A stretch of DNA of 64,000 nt. It comes from a virus (lineage: Duplodnaviria; Caudoviricetes). Made by a program: the position numbers and the translations under genes. The stretch is from IMG/VR virus record IMGVR_UViG_3300005544_000001, positions 14,392-78,391 of that record, one strand, 5' to 3'. Under the pieces are notes generated by a model that saw only the letters and a list, made by a program, of their open reading frames with translations, made no database searches and was not told the DNA's origin. This document shows, one piece after another, positions 1 to 8,197 of this stretch; the first letter of the stretch is position 1; each line of letters begins with the position of its first letter.

Positions 1-1524
1 GACAAGGCGTTTCTCGAGGCGATGATCGCGCTTCAGCGTTGGGTGCCAGAGTTGCGCGTCAACCATACGTCGGTATTTCCCGCGTGTTCGACGTACGTGC
101 AGTGCGCGCTGTCGGTCGTCGAGGCACCGGTCGGTGAGATCAAGAAGGTTTACACGATCGCGGGCGGAGAGTGGTGCGACAAGGTTTACTATTCTTCGCG
201 CGCGCACATGGAGGTGCTCAAATGGCAGCGCTGCCTGCTGACGCGGTTCACGTCCCCAGAGAACGCCGGAATGCCCGCGCTCCAGCAGGGATTCAGATTT
301 TCGGAAGCTTCCACGGATTCCCCCGCGGGACGCGCGCGTGCGGGCATCTGGTCGATCAACCGCAAGCGGTTCCACCTGGCGCCTTGGCTTCAAAGCAATG
401 AATCGCTGGTGATAGAGTGGGACGGCGAAAAGAAGGAATGGCTCGACGACGATGTTCTGGACCAGAACTACTTCGACGCCGAAGCGGCGGCCGTCGTGAA
501 GCTTTACGTGCAGAAGTCGCACGAGCGGGATTTCGGGTGCGACATGGCCAAGATACGGATGCTGGAGCAGGACTACGGGCAGAAGCTCGGCGAACTCATG
601 CACGGCTGGCGGGAGAAGACGCGCAACCAGGAGAACACGGACGCCGAGGAATTGAACGTGTGCTCGCCGACGAGTGCGGATCTCGCGGACGATGCACCTA
701 TGGTTCCCACTGATCAGACGATTGTCGCCTACATAGCGGACATTGACGGCGGCGCCGCCACTGTCGAAGTGGCGAACTTGGTGAAGTCGTGGGGCCCGGC
801 TTATATCGTGAGCGGCGGCGACAATTGGTACGGCAGCGCGATTACGAAGGAAGCTTTGGACGCCTCAGTCGGTCCCAGTTACGGAGATTACATTTTCCCC
901 TACTTGGGCACGCTGGCCACCGGGGCAGAACGGACGAACGCATTCTTTCCGGCTGTAGGTGATCATGACCGGGATCCCGTCGGCCGGCTGCCGGTGTTCC
1001 TGAACTATTTCAACCTGCACAAGCCGTATTACGATTTCGTCCAGGGGCACGTTCACTGGTTCATCGTGGACAACGGGCTGAACCAGGCTGACGTGCTCGT
1101 CCAGGCGGACGGGAACACGTCCACCAGCGTGCAGGGCGAGGCGTTCAGGCTGAAAATGGCTCTTTCGACGGCGCGCTGGAAGATTGTCGTCATTGGGGCG
1201 CCACCCCATTCTTCCATCAAGGAGAGCAACACGGCATACGCTGCGCTGCGCTGGCCCTACAAGGCGTGGGGCGCGGATTTGGTGCTGACCGGCGACGATC
1301 ACCTTTACGAGCGCCTACTGGCACCCGAGGGCTATCCGCTCATCGTAGCCGGCTGGAGCGGCCGGGCGCTGGTAGCCAGCGGTTCACCGATCCCCTACAG
1401 CCTCGTGCAGTATGACGCGGATTTCGGGGCGCTGAAGATCACCGTGTCGTGCGACGAGTTCAAGGTCGAGGCGATCAACCGGGTTGGGGTGCTCATCGAC
1501 ACGCTTTTGTTGACTAAACCATGA
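1..1524 (+). CDS. 5'-truncated protein with C-terminal calcineurin-like metallophosphoesterase domain
   Basis: Frame is open from base 1 (DKAFLEAM...). C-terminal motifs IADID, GGDNWY, GDHD, GDDHLYER follow the purple acid phosphatase-like order. Confidence 0.7.
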   Translation, partial: DKAFLEAMIALQRWVPELRVNHTSVFPACSTYVQCALSVVEAPVGEIKKVYTIAGGEWCDKVYYSSRAHMEVLKWQRCLLTRFTSPENAGMPALQQGFRFSEASTDSPAGRARAGIWSINRKRFHLAPWLQSNESLVIEWDGEKKEWLDDDVLDQNYFDAEAAAVVKLYVQKSHERDFGCDMAKIRMLEQDYGQKLGELMHGWREKTRNQENTDAEELNVCSPTSADLADDAPMVPTDQTIVAYIADIDGGAATVEVANLVKSWGPAYIVSGGDNWYGSAITKEALDASVGPSYGDYIFPYLGTLATGAERTNAFFPAVGDHDRDPVGRLPVFLNYFNLHKPYYDFVQGHVHWFIVDNGLNQADVLVQADGNTSTSVQGEAFRLKMALSTARWKIVVIGAPPHSSIKESNTAYAALRWPYKAWGADLVLTGDDHLYERLLAPEGYPLIVAGWSGRALVASGSPIPYSLVQYDADFGALKITVSCDEFKVEAINRVGVLIDTLLLTKP

Positions 1525-1760
1525 TCGACATCCCCAAATTTGAGGACGACGGCACCGGTTACCCGAAGGTAAAACCTTGCTGGATTCCTTCGCAGATCCC
1601 GCACACGATCAAGGCGACGCTTGTTTGTCCGAACGGGCACCACGGCAGCATCGTTTCGCATGAAATCGCCGCCGACGGAACCGTTACTCCATCCTGCGTC
1701 TGCCCGCGTGAGGGCTGCACTTTTCACGAGCACGTTCGATTTCTGGATTGGAAGCCATGA
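1521..1760 (+). CDS. Small Cys/His-rich putative Zn-binding protein (DUF6527-like)
   Basis: 79 aa; CPNGH...H...PSCVCP...C..H pattern; ATGA overlap with upstream gene. Confidence 0.6.
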   Translation: MIDIPKFEDDGTGYPKVKPCWIPSQIPHTIKATLVCPNGHHGSIVSHEIAADGTVTPSCVCPREGCTFHEHVRFLDWKP

Positions 1761-2032
1761 AACGCCGTTCATTTTTCAGCCGGATTGCAGGGTTCGTCGC
1801 CGCTGTGGCGATTGCGCCAGAAATTGCGTTTCGGTCGAAGTTGCCACTTCCGGGTGCGGCGCATTTGCAGTTGGAATCCGTCCAAGTGGCATTTTGGACA
1901 CAGGACGCTCGCTATTCGAGATGCGTGGATCCTGAATACGAGAAACTTCTCCGTAATCTGGAGAGCCGACCAACATCAGCCCTTAACGTGCCGAACATGT
2001 TCGATTTCCTGAAAGAGCACACCAAGGCATGA
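1757..2032 (+). CDS. Small protein with twin-arginine (Tat-like) signal
   Basis: ATG at 1757 overlaps upstream stop; N-terminus MKRRSFFSRIAGFVAAVAIA. Confidence 0.6.
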   Translation: MKRRSFFSRIAGFVAAVAIAPEIAFRSKLPLPGAAHLQLESVQVAFWTQDARYSRCVDPEYEKLLRNLESRPTSALNVPNMFDFLKEHTKA

Positions 2033-4464
2033 AGTTCGACCAACTCGACAACCAGCCGTGCCTGCTCCCCCAGGTGAACGAGGAATCGTGTGAAAGCACG
2101 AGGCTACCGGTCCAGGAGGGGCGCCTCGAGCTGCGTCCCGAGGTTGCCGTCGTGGCAGTTCTGGGCACCGTACAATATCGAACCTTCCTGATCGCCAACG
2201 GCGTCGAACGCGAGGTCACATCCGGGCTCAGCTATCGCTCTGGCAGCACCGTAATCGCAGTCATCGGCGCCATCGGCGGCAACGCCACGGGCATCTCGGT
2301 CGGCATAGTCACGATCTCGGTCGAATGGCAGGGCCTCGAGGCGTTCGCCCAGCTTCAGGTCGTTGACTCCTGCGACAACATTTCGAACGGGCTGGAGATC
2401 GTCATCGACAACTCGGAGTCGATGAATCAGGCGTTTGGCGCGCCATACGGCACCAAGCTTGATTTCGCGAAGTTCCTCGCCAAACAGTTCGCCGGAGAGG
2501 TCGACGTGCGCAAGGACATCGTTGGGCTGACCACGTTCGCCGTGTCGGGCCAGGTTGTGGCGCCTTTGACGGCCGATAACATCGCCGTCGGGACCGCCAT
2601 CATGGGTGTCGGCTTCGTTCCGGAGCAGACAGACATCCATGCGGGGCTCGAAACGGCCATCGCGGAACTCGCCGCGGCGAACGTCGACCGCCGCGTTATC
2701 CTGCTGATCACGGACGGCCAGCATAACGACGACATCGAGCCGCTGCAGACAGCCCTCCAGTTCCGGTCCGGCGGCGGGGTTCTCATCGTCATTGGCCTGC
2801 GCGCCGGCCTGGAGGCGTTCATGCGCCTAGAGAAACTCGCCAACGGCGGTTTCTTCATCTCGGCCTACGACGGGCCCACCGCGGAGGACGCCAAACGTTA
2901 CGTGAGCGGGTTGAAAGGCTACCTGTGCGCTGGCAACTGTTGCCCGGAAGGTGACGTCATCGTTGGCCAGGGCAGGCTCGACTACGAGGATTGGCTCAAC
3001 TGGGATAACATCGGAAACGTCGACCTGATTGGGAACGGATTTTACGATCTTATCCCAGGGCACGGTCTATTCGTGGATCTCGTGGGAAGCTCGGCGCCAT
3101 GGCAGGGCGGGTTGATCAGCAAGAAATCGTTCACGTTCCAAAACGGCGTCAACTACAAGCTGAGTTACAAACTGGCCGGCAATCAGCGCGCGGACGCCAC
3201 GGGCTACTCGGTCAAGGTCAATGCCGGCAGCGTCGCGACCGCCACGCACGCGATGAACGATTGGCGCCAGGACTTTACGACCTACGACTTGAGTTTCGTG
3301 GGCGATGGCACTTCCGGCCAACTGATCTTCATCCAGGAAACGGTCTCGCCTGCGCCGGCGGCTCAAGCCTTCGGGGTTTTGCTTGATGACGTCACGCTCA
3401 TCAACGATGACACGGACGAAATTCTGTTCACCGAAAGTTTCGACAACGAGAATCTGACTTACGTGCCGCCCGCTTGCGGCATGGGCACAGTCTACGGACA
3501 GGGTTACGGTGGCGGTTACGCCTACGGGACGTGCTGCTACGGTTACGGGTGCCTGGCTGAACCGGTCAAACAGCAGAACCCGGATCCCATGCCGCCAACG
3601 GATCCCGAGACGGAGCCCGATCCGTTCTGGATCAGCACGCAGTCCTACACGGCAAGCTGCCCCGTTGGAACCACGGGCGCCGACGTGACACGCTCGGCGA
3701 GCTACAAGAGTTTCATCAGCGCGGCCGATGCCAACGCAAAAGCCCTGGCGCTGGCTCAGACCGCAGCCGAGGCGGCGCTGAACTGTGTGAGCCCGCCCGT
3801 CAACGGCGATCTCATCAACATGCACGCCATCCGCGGCAGGCATACGACAAAGATAGGCTTTGCCGCATTCGGAAAGACGTCCGGCGACGTCTGGAACGCA
3901 TGGAGCGCCTCCGATTACAACAACGATACCCTGTTGAAATCGGACGGGACCGCCTCCTTCGTCACCATCCGAAAGTGTGAAGTCGGCGATTTCACGCAAA
4001 CGGAACTCGGCGCGGTCAATTTCGATGTGTCGCTCGACCATCCGGACGCCATGTACAAGATGGGCCAGGCGTTCTATCGCAACGATTCAATCACGCCGAA
4101 GGACGAGGCGCTGTTCTTCGACGGATTACCCGAGGGCAATTATGAGGTCTACGTTTACGGCCACGGCGCTGACAACGCGCTGCAGGTCGGCCATTACCAG
4201 GTTCGCACCGGTAAACTCACAGGAGATCTGGCATCTGGATTCGTGCTCGATCCTTTCACCAACACCGTTTACCCAACGCTCGACACGTCGAACACGGACA
4301 GCTACCTCGACACCGCCTGGGCCGAAAACGTCCAGTTCGTGAAATACTCAGTCACGATCGGCGCAGGGCAGACCGGCATCTGCATCATTTCCGCCAGCGC
4401 ATCCGGCGTGGATCCCGGGCGAATCAGCGTGCTCATGGGCGTGCAGATTCACCGCTTGACATAA
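2029..4464 (+). CDS. Multidomain virion-associated protein: Ig-like, vWA, carbohydrate-binding-like and DUF5977-like domains
   Basis: 811 aa; MIDAS-like DNSES and LITDG; SYTASCP...SYKSFISAADANAKALALA resembles DUF5977. Confidence 0.7.
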   Translation: MKFDQLDNQPCLLPQVNEESCESTRLPVQEGRLELRPEVAVVAVLGTVQYRTFLIANGVEREVTSGLSYRSGSTVIAVIGAIGGNATGISVGIVTISVEWQGLEAFAQLQVVDSCDNISNGLEIVIDNSESMNQAFGAPYGTKLDFAKFLAKQFAGEVDVRKDIVGLTTFAVSGQVVAPLTADNIAVGTAIMGVGFVPEQTDIHAGLETAIAELAAANVDRRVILLITDGQHNDDIEPLQTALQFRSGGGVLIVIGLRAGLEAFMRLEKLANGGFFISAYDGPTAEDAKRYVSGLKGYLCAGNCCPEGDVIVGQGRLDYEDWLNWDNIGNVDLIGNGFYDLIPGHGLFVDLVGSSAPWQGGLISKKSFTFQNGVNYKLSYKLAGNQRADATGYSVKVNAGSVATATHAMNDWRQDFTTYDLSFVGDGTSGQLIFIQETVSPAPAAQAFGVLLDDVTLINDDTDEILFTESFDNENLTYVPPACGMGTVYGQGYGGGYAYGTCCYGYGCLAEPVKQQNPDPMPPTDPETEPDPFWISTQSYTASCPVGTTGADVTRSASYKSFISAADANAKALALAQTAAEAALNCVSPPVNGDLINMHAIRGRHTTKIGFAAFGKTSGDVWNAWSASDYNNDTLLKSDGTASFVTIRKCEVGDFTQTELGAVNFDVSLDHPDAMYKMGQAFYRNDSITPKDEALFFDGLPEGNYEVYVYGHGADNALQVGHYQVRTGKLTGDLASGFVLDPFTNTVYPTLDTSNTDSYLDTAWAENVQFVKYSVTIGAGQTGICIISASASGVDPGRISVLMGVQIHRLT
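4452..4461 (+). promoter_or_regulatory. Candidate -35 element (CCGCTTGACA) upstream of the Cas7-like locus
   Basis: First 10 nt of the 12-mer repeated at other promoters in the window; no clear -10 at 17 nt. Confidence 0.4.
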
Positions 4465-4610
4465 ACGGTTCAATCGGGTTTTCTACGGTCATGCGTTTAG
4501 AGCCGCAATGGTCCCTCCAAACACTTTGCACCCGCTGCCGTCTGGCGGCGATTTCAAATCAGCCGCGCTCTAACGTTCGGGAGTCGGGTGCTTTTCCAAA
4601 TGCGCAGAAC

Positions 4611-4630
4611 GGTTTGGTTTGGTATGGCAA
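4611..4630 (+). repeat. Four GGY-NN pentamers in the leader of the Cas7-like gene
   Basis: GGTTT GGTTT GGTAT GGCAA, ending 27 nt before the ATG at 4658. Confidence 0.75.
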
Positions 4631-4657
4631 GCCCTCTGGCGCATTACTCCAAAACAC

Positions 4658-5290
4658 ATGAAGACAGCAGAAAAAAAGCTCACTGCCATCGGCGGCGAGT
4701 CACCAACGAACGGCGCACAGCATGGGATCGAACTTCAAATTCCATTCCGATGCGAAGTGACGGTTGAAGGTGTTGCTCCAATTCTTTTCCACGCGTGGAA
4801 CGTGGAGAGCGTCGATTCAAAATCAAAAGCCAAAAAAGGCTCTGCCGAAAAGAAAAGTGACGACGTGGAAAGCTACGTTTACCGGAATGATGAAAAGGAG
4901 GTTTGCATTCCAGGCGAGTATTTACGAGGCGCGATCGTAAATGCTGCAAAATTCCAACAAGATCCTCGCAGCCCAAGGAAGTCGGCTGCTGATCTTTTCA
5001 AGGCCGCGATCGTCTCGCTGACGCCGCTCGCTTCCTTGGGGGCAAAGGATTGGGATTATTTGGACAAGAGAAGGGTCACAATCCAGCGAAACGCGATAAC
5101 ACGCTGTCGCCCTGCGATGCGCGAGGGCTGGTCTGCAAAATTTATCCTCATGGTGAATTTGCCGGAGTACGTAGGTCAGGAACTTTTGAACGCTACCATC
5201 CAGCAGGCCGGAAAGCTGATTGGTCTTGGTGACTTTCGTCCGAGTTTCGGGCGATTCATCGTCACACGGTTTGTCGTGTTGAACGATTAA
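4658..5290 (+). CDS. Stand-alone Cas7/RAMP-like protein (putative Vipr-type effector)
   Basis: 210 aa from ATG 4658. N-terminal VTVEGVAPILFH strand, IPGEYLRGAIVNAA (compare RAMP IPGSSLKG) and C-terminal Gly-rich loop AGKLIGLGDFRPSFGRF; directly followed by the pentamer array. Confidence 0.8.
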   Translation: MKTAEKKLTAIGGESPTNGAQHGIELQIPFRCEVTVEGVAPILFHAWNVESVDSKSKAKKGSAEKKSDDVESYVYRNDEKEVCIPGEYLRGAIVNAAKFQQDPRSPRKSAADLFKAAIVSLTPLASLGAKDWDYLDKRRVTIQRNAITRCRPAMREGWSAKFILMVNLPEYVGQELLNATIQQAGKLIGLGDFRPSFGRFIVTRFVVLND

Positions 5291-5293
5291 TTC

Positions 5294-5757
5294 GGTGTCG
5301 GTGTGGTTGGGCAAGGCTCGGCGTGTTGAGGCTTGGTGCGGTGGCATCGAGATGTGGCCATGCAAGGTGTGGTTCGGTCAGCCGTGGCGCGGTCAGGTTC
5401 GGTCAGGCGCGGTTTGGTCCACTACGGTTTGGCCGGGTGGGGTGAGGCGCGTTCAGGTAAGCATGGGCGAGCTACGGTACGGTCTGGTTCGGGACTCGAA
5501 AGAGTCCGGTCGGGTGAGGTCGGGCGGGGTATGGCAGGGTGAGCTATGGCACGGTGGGTTTGGGTAGGATTGAGTCGGGTAAGGCAAGGCGGGCATGGGT
5601 ATGGTACGGTTCGGGCGCGAAAGCGCCGGTATGGTTTGCTATGGCGGGGCCGGGCGTGGCCAGGTGAGGTTCGGCGGGGTGTGGTAATCCCAGGCACGGT
5701 CGGACGTGGTAAGCTTCCGCGCGGTGCGGTTCGCAATGGCAAGCTATGGTTTGGTGG
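5294..5757 (+). ncRNA. GGY-NN pentamer repeat array (putative guide-RNA array)
   Basis: Tracts 5300-5339, 5356-5490, 5508-5612 and 5628-5757 hold 82 in-phase pentamers; 63 begin GGY (manual count). NN is variable; tracts are separated by hairpins. Confidence 0.85.
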
Positions 5758-5793
5758 CGGGGCGTTGCCTCTTGACAAAGGCTTCGCCCCGCC
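5756..5793 (+). terminator. Hairpin closing the array (3' boundary); loop contains TTGACA
   Basis: GGCGGGGCG (5756-5764) pairs with CGCCCCGCC (5785-5793), with an inner GCCT/AGGC stem. No long U-tract. TTGACA at 5772-5777 may serve the next gene. Confidence 0.55.
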
Positions 5794-5812
5794 TTCAGCA
5801 TCAAGATTCCAG

Positions 5813-6559
5813 ATGACAGCAACTTTTAAACACAGCGGCGACCTGGGCGATATTATTTACAGCCTTCCGACAGTTAGGCATTTTGGTGGTGGGGATTTTT
5901 GGATCGCGGCTTCAAACTTCACGAGGGTTGAACTGACGCCAAACAACTGGCATGGCATTGACCGTTTGTTAGCCCGCCAACCGTATATAAGAAGCGTTCG
6001 CTCATATCGAATGGGAGAGTACGCGGTTTTCAATTTGGACTCGTTTCGCGGCCCGCTGAATCTTGCGCTTCGAAAACATGAGCAGATGGACAAGAGCCTC
6101 TGCGATTGGGTTTTGGAGACCCACAACGTTCCCCTGACCGCGAAGGAGACCGCATGGCTCACCGTCGAGCCGAAGACCGTTGCTCCGGTCGTCATTAACC
6201 GCACGGGCGCAGGACGGACGCGCAACGCCTGCTATCACAATTTCAAATTTCCGTGGCACAAAGTCTGGAAGAAATACGGACGTGACGCGGTGTTCATCGG
6301 GACGTGGGCAGAGTACGAGATGTTTTGCGGATCGTGCGGCGAGGTGCCGTATCACGAGACGAAGGATCTGCTCGAGGCCGCGCAGGTGATTGCCGGCGCC
6401 AAACTGTTCGTAGGGAACCAGAGCGTCTGCCACGCGATTGCCCAGGGCTTGTTTCAGCGTGTCCTGCTCGAAGTCTGGGTTGAGGGCGCCAATTCGACGT
6501 TCCTGCGTGAAGGCGTGACGAATGGTTTCGATGAGAAGGTGGAGTTGCCTGAAATATGA
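5813..6559 (+). CDS. Glycosyltransferase, GT9 (heptosyltransferase)-like
   Basis: True start ATG 5813 (MTATFKHSGDLGDII); C-terminal FVGNQSVCHAIAQGL typical of GT9-like GT-B enzymes. Confidence 0.7.
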   Translation: MTATFKHSGDLGDIIYSLPTVRHFGGGDFWIAASNFTRVELTPNNWHGIDRLLARQPYIRSVRSYRMGEYAVFNLDSFRGPLNLALRKHEQMDKSLCDWVLETHNVPLTAKETAWLTVEPKTVAPVVINRTGAGRTRNACYHNFKFPWHKVWKKYGRDAVFIGTWAEYEMFCGSCGEVPYHETKDLLEAAQVIAGAKLFVGNQSVCHAIAQGLFQRVLLEVWVEGANSTFLREGVTNGFDEKVELPEI

Positions 6560-6972
6560 AGGAGAAAACCGTTCTCGTTACTGGTTGCTTCGACGTGCTC
6601 CACCGCGGGCATATTGAGCTTTTGTATATCGCCGCCGAACACGGAAAAGTCGTTGTGGGCATCAATGACGACGAGAGTGTTCAAAAACTCAAGGGACCGA
6701 AAAGGCCCGTGAATAATGAGGTGGACAGGCTGTTTCTGATAGAAGCACTTGGCAGCGTGACCTACGGGTTCATCATTTTCGACGTGAAAGTGGACAAGGC
6801 GATCATGGACATCAAGCCGGACATTTGGATGAAAGGCGGCGATTACACGATGGAAACTCTGAACAAGGACGAGGTTGAGGCTGCGCGGAATGTTGGAGCG
6901 GAGATCATCATTATTCCAACGTGCAAGGGCTATTCGACAACCGAGACACTCAAGAAACTGGAGGCAGAATGA
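6556..6972 (+). CDS. Cytidylyltransferase-family nucleotidyltransferase (RfaE/HldE domain II-like)
   Basis: GCFDVLHRGH (HIGH motif), KGPKRP, KGGDY, GYSTT. Confidence 0.85.
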   Translation: MKEKTVLVTGCFDVLHRGHIELLYIAAEHGKVVVGINDDESVQKLKGPKRPVNNEVDRLFLIEALGSVTYGFIIFDVKVDKAIMDIKPDIWMKGGDYTMETLNKDEVEAARNVGAEIIIIPTCKGYSTTETLKKLEAE

Positions 6973-7478
6973 GCGAAACAGCCAAACACCGCGATCAGGT
7001 CGCGGAATTCACTGTGGGCAACGGCGTGGACCTTGGATCATCCGGGGACGGGATCGTGCCATGGGCAATCCAGGTTGACCTGCCGACCGACGAATATCTC
7101 CGATACAACCCAAAGCGCCCGCAGGATGCGATACACTGGCGCGGCAGCGCGCTTCACCTGCCGTTTCAGGATCGGGTGCTCGACTTCGTCCATTCGTCGC
7201 ATCTCCTCGAGGACTTCGAAGACTGGGGCCCGATACTCAAGGAATGGGACCGGGTGCTGAAGATCGGCGGTTACATGATCATCGCCGTGCCGGACCATGC
7301 TCGGTTCCGCGCGGCCGTCGCCCGCGGGCAGGGGGACAATCTCAATCACAAGCACGAATCGCACGTCGGAGAGCTGCCGAAGTATCTGCACACTTACAAA
7401 ACACTCATCGACAGGTTTGTGAGCAGTGATCCAAACGAGTATTCGATCCTCTATGTCGGCGTCAAAAATCCTGTATGA
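6969..7478 (+). CDS. Class I SAM-dependent methyltransferase
   Basis: ATG 6969; VDLGSSG, DFVHSSHLLED, EWDRVLKIGG. Confidence 0.8.
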   Translation: MSETAKHRDQVAEFTVGNGVDLGSSGDGIVPWAIQVDLPTDEYLRYNPKRPQDAIHWRGSALHLPFQDRVLDFVHSSHLLEDFEDWGPILKEWDRVLKIGGYMIIAVPDHARFRAAVARGQGDNLNHKHESHVGELPKYLHTYKTLIDRFVSSDPNEYSILYVGVKNPV

Positions 7479-8197
7479 AAGCACAAGTTATCACCGTCTC
7501 TAGCCACGATCCCGTCCAGTCCTATTATCACTTCGGCGCCTTCAAAAAGAGCCTGGCGAGGTTCGGCGTGGAGCCGACCATCCTCGGCCCGGGCGAGCCG
7601 TGGCGAGGGCTGATGACCAAACCGCGGCTTCTGCAGAAGTTTTTGAGCGAGAGCCGGCATAAAAGCGACAACATTATCGTGACCGATGCCTGGGACATCA
7701 TTTTCACCGCGCATCCCGACGAGGTGTGGGCGGCGAAGGAATTCGATGCGCCGGACGCCGTGATGTTCAACGCCGAGATGGGTTGCTTCCCGCGGGCTGA
7801 TCTGGCTGACAGGTTCCCTGACCCGGGCACCCCTTACCGATTCCCGAACTCAGGGTTCATGGCCGGCACGGCGAGCCAAATCCTTGCCATCCTCGACAGC
7901 ATGAACCTGAACGCCATTCGAGATGACACGCAGGAGCCCGACGGCTCATGGTTCAACCCGAACGATCAGGAGTATTACACGCTGGCGTTCCTCCAGCAGC
8001 CGGTGAAGATGGTTCTGGATACGCACGCGCGCGTTTGTCAGTCATTCTCTGGAAGTGCGCTCAGCGATTACGTCCTAGTCGATGAGGGTCGCGTCACAAA
8101 CAAGCGTACGGGTTGCAAACCACTCGTTTGGCATTTCAACGGGAACTCGAAGAACGACATTTTGCCTGAACTCCTGAAGCACAACCACCTTGCATGA
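7475..8197 (+). CDS. GT-A glycosyltransferase (PLOD GT-domain-like)
   Basis: VTDAWD, FNAEMGCFP, FPNSGFMAG, DQ, HFNGNSK. Confidence 0.75.
   Translation: MKAQVITVSSHDPVQSYYHFGAFKKSLARFGVEPTILGPGEPWRGLMTKPRLLQKFLSESRHKSDNIIVTDAWDIIFTAHPDEVWAAKEFDAPDAVMFNAEMGCFPRADLADRFPDPGTPYRFPNSGFMAGTASQILAILDSMNLNAIRDDTQEPDGSWFNPNDQEYYTLAFLQQPVKMVLDTHARVCQSFSGSALSDYVLVDEGRVTNKRTGCKPLVWHFNGNSKNDILPELLKHNHLA

Noticed and set aside
4619-4657. TTG start of the Cas7-like ORF
   Set aside because: It falls inside the leader pentamer tract; ATG 4658 is more plausible.
5294-5757. Canonical CRISPR array or simple microsatellite
   Set aside because: No 23-50 nt repeats with spacers. NN is too diverse and the hairpin punctuation too regular for slippage. 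G-quadruplex formation is possible but would not explain the phase or the link to the gene.
5295-5822. Arg/Gly/Trp-rich ORFs across the array, including the N-terminal extension of 5546-6559
   Set aside because: They are translations of the G-rich pentamer repeat; the GT gene most plausibly starts at ATG 5813.
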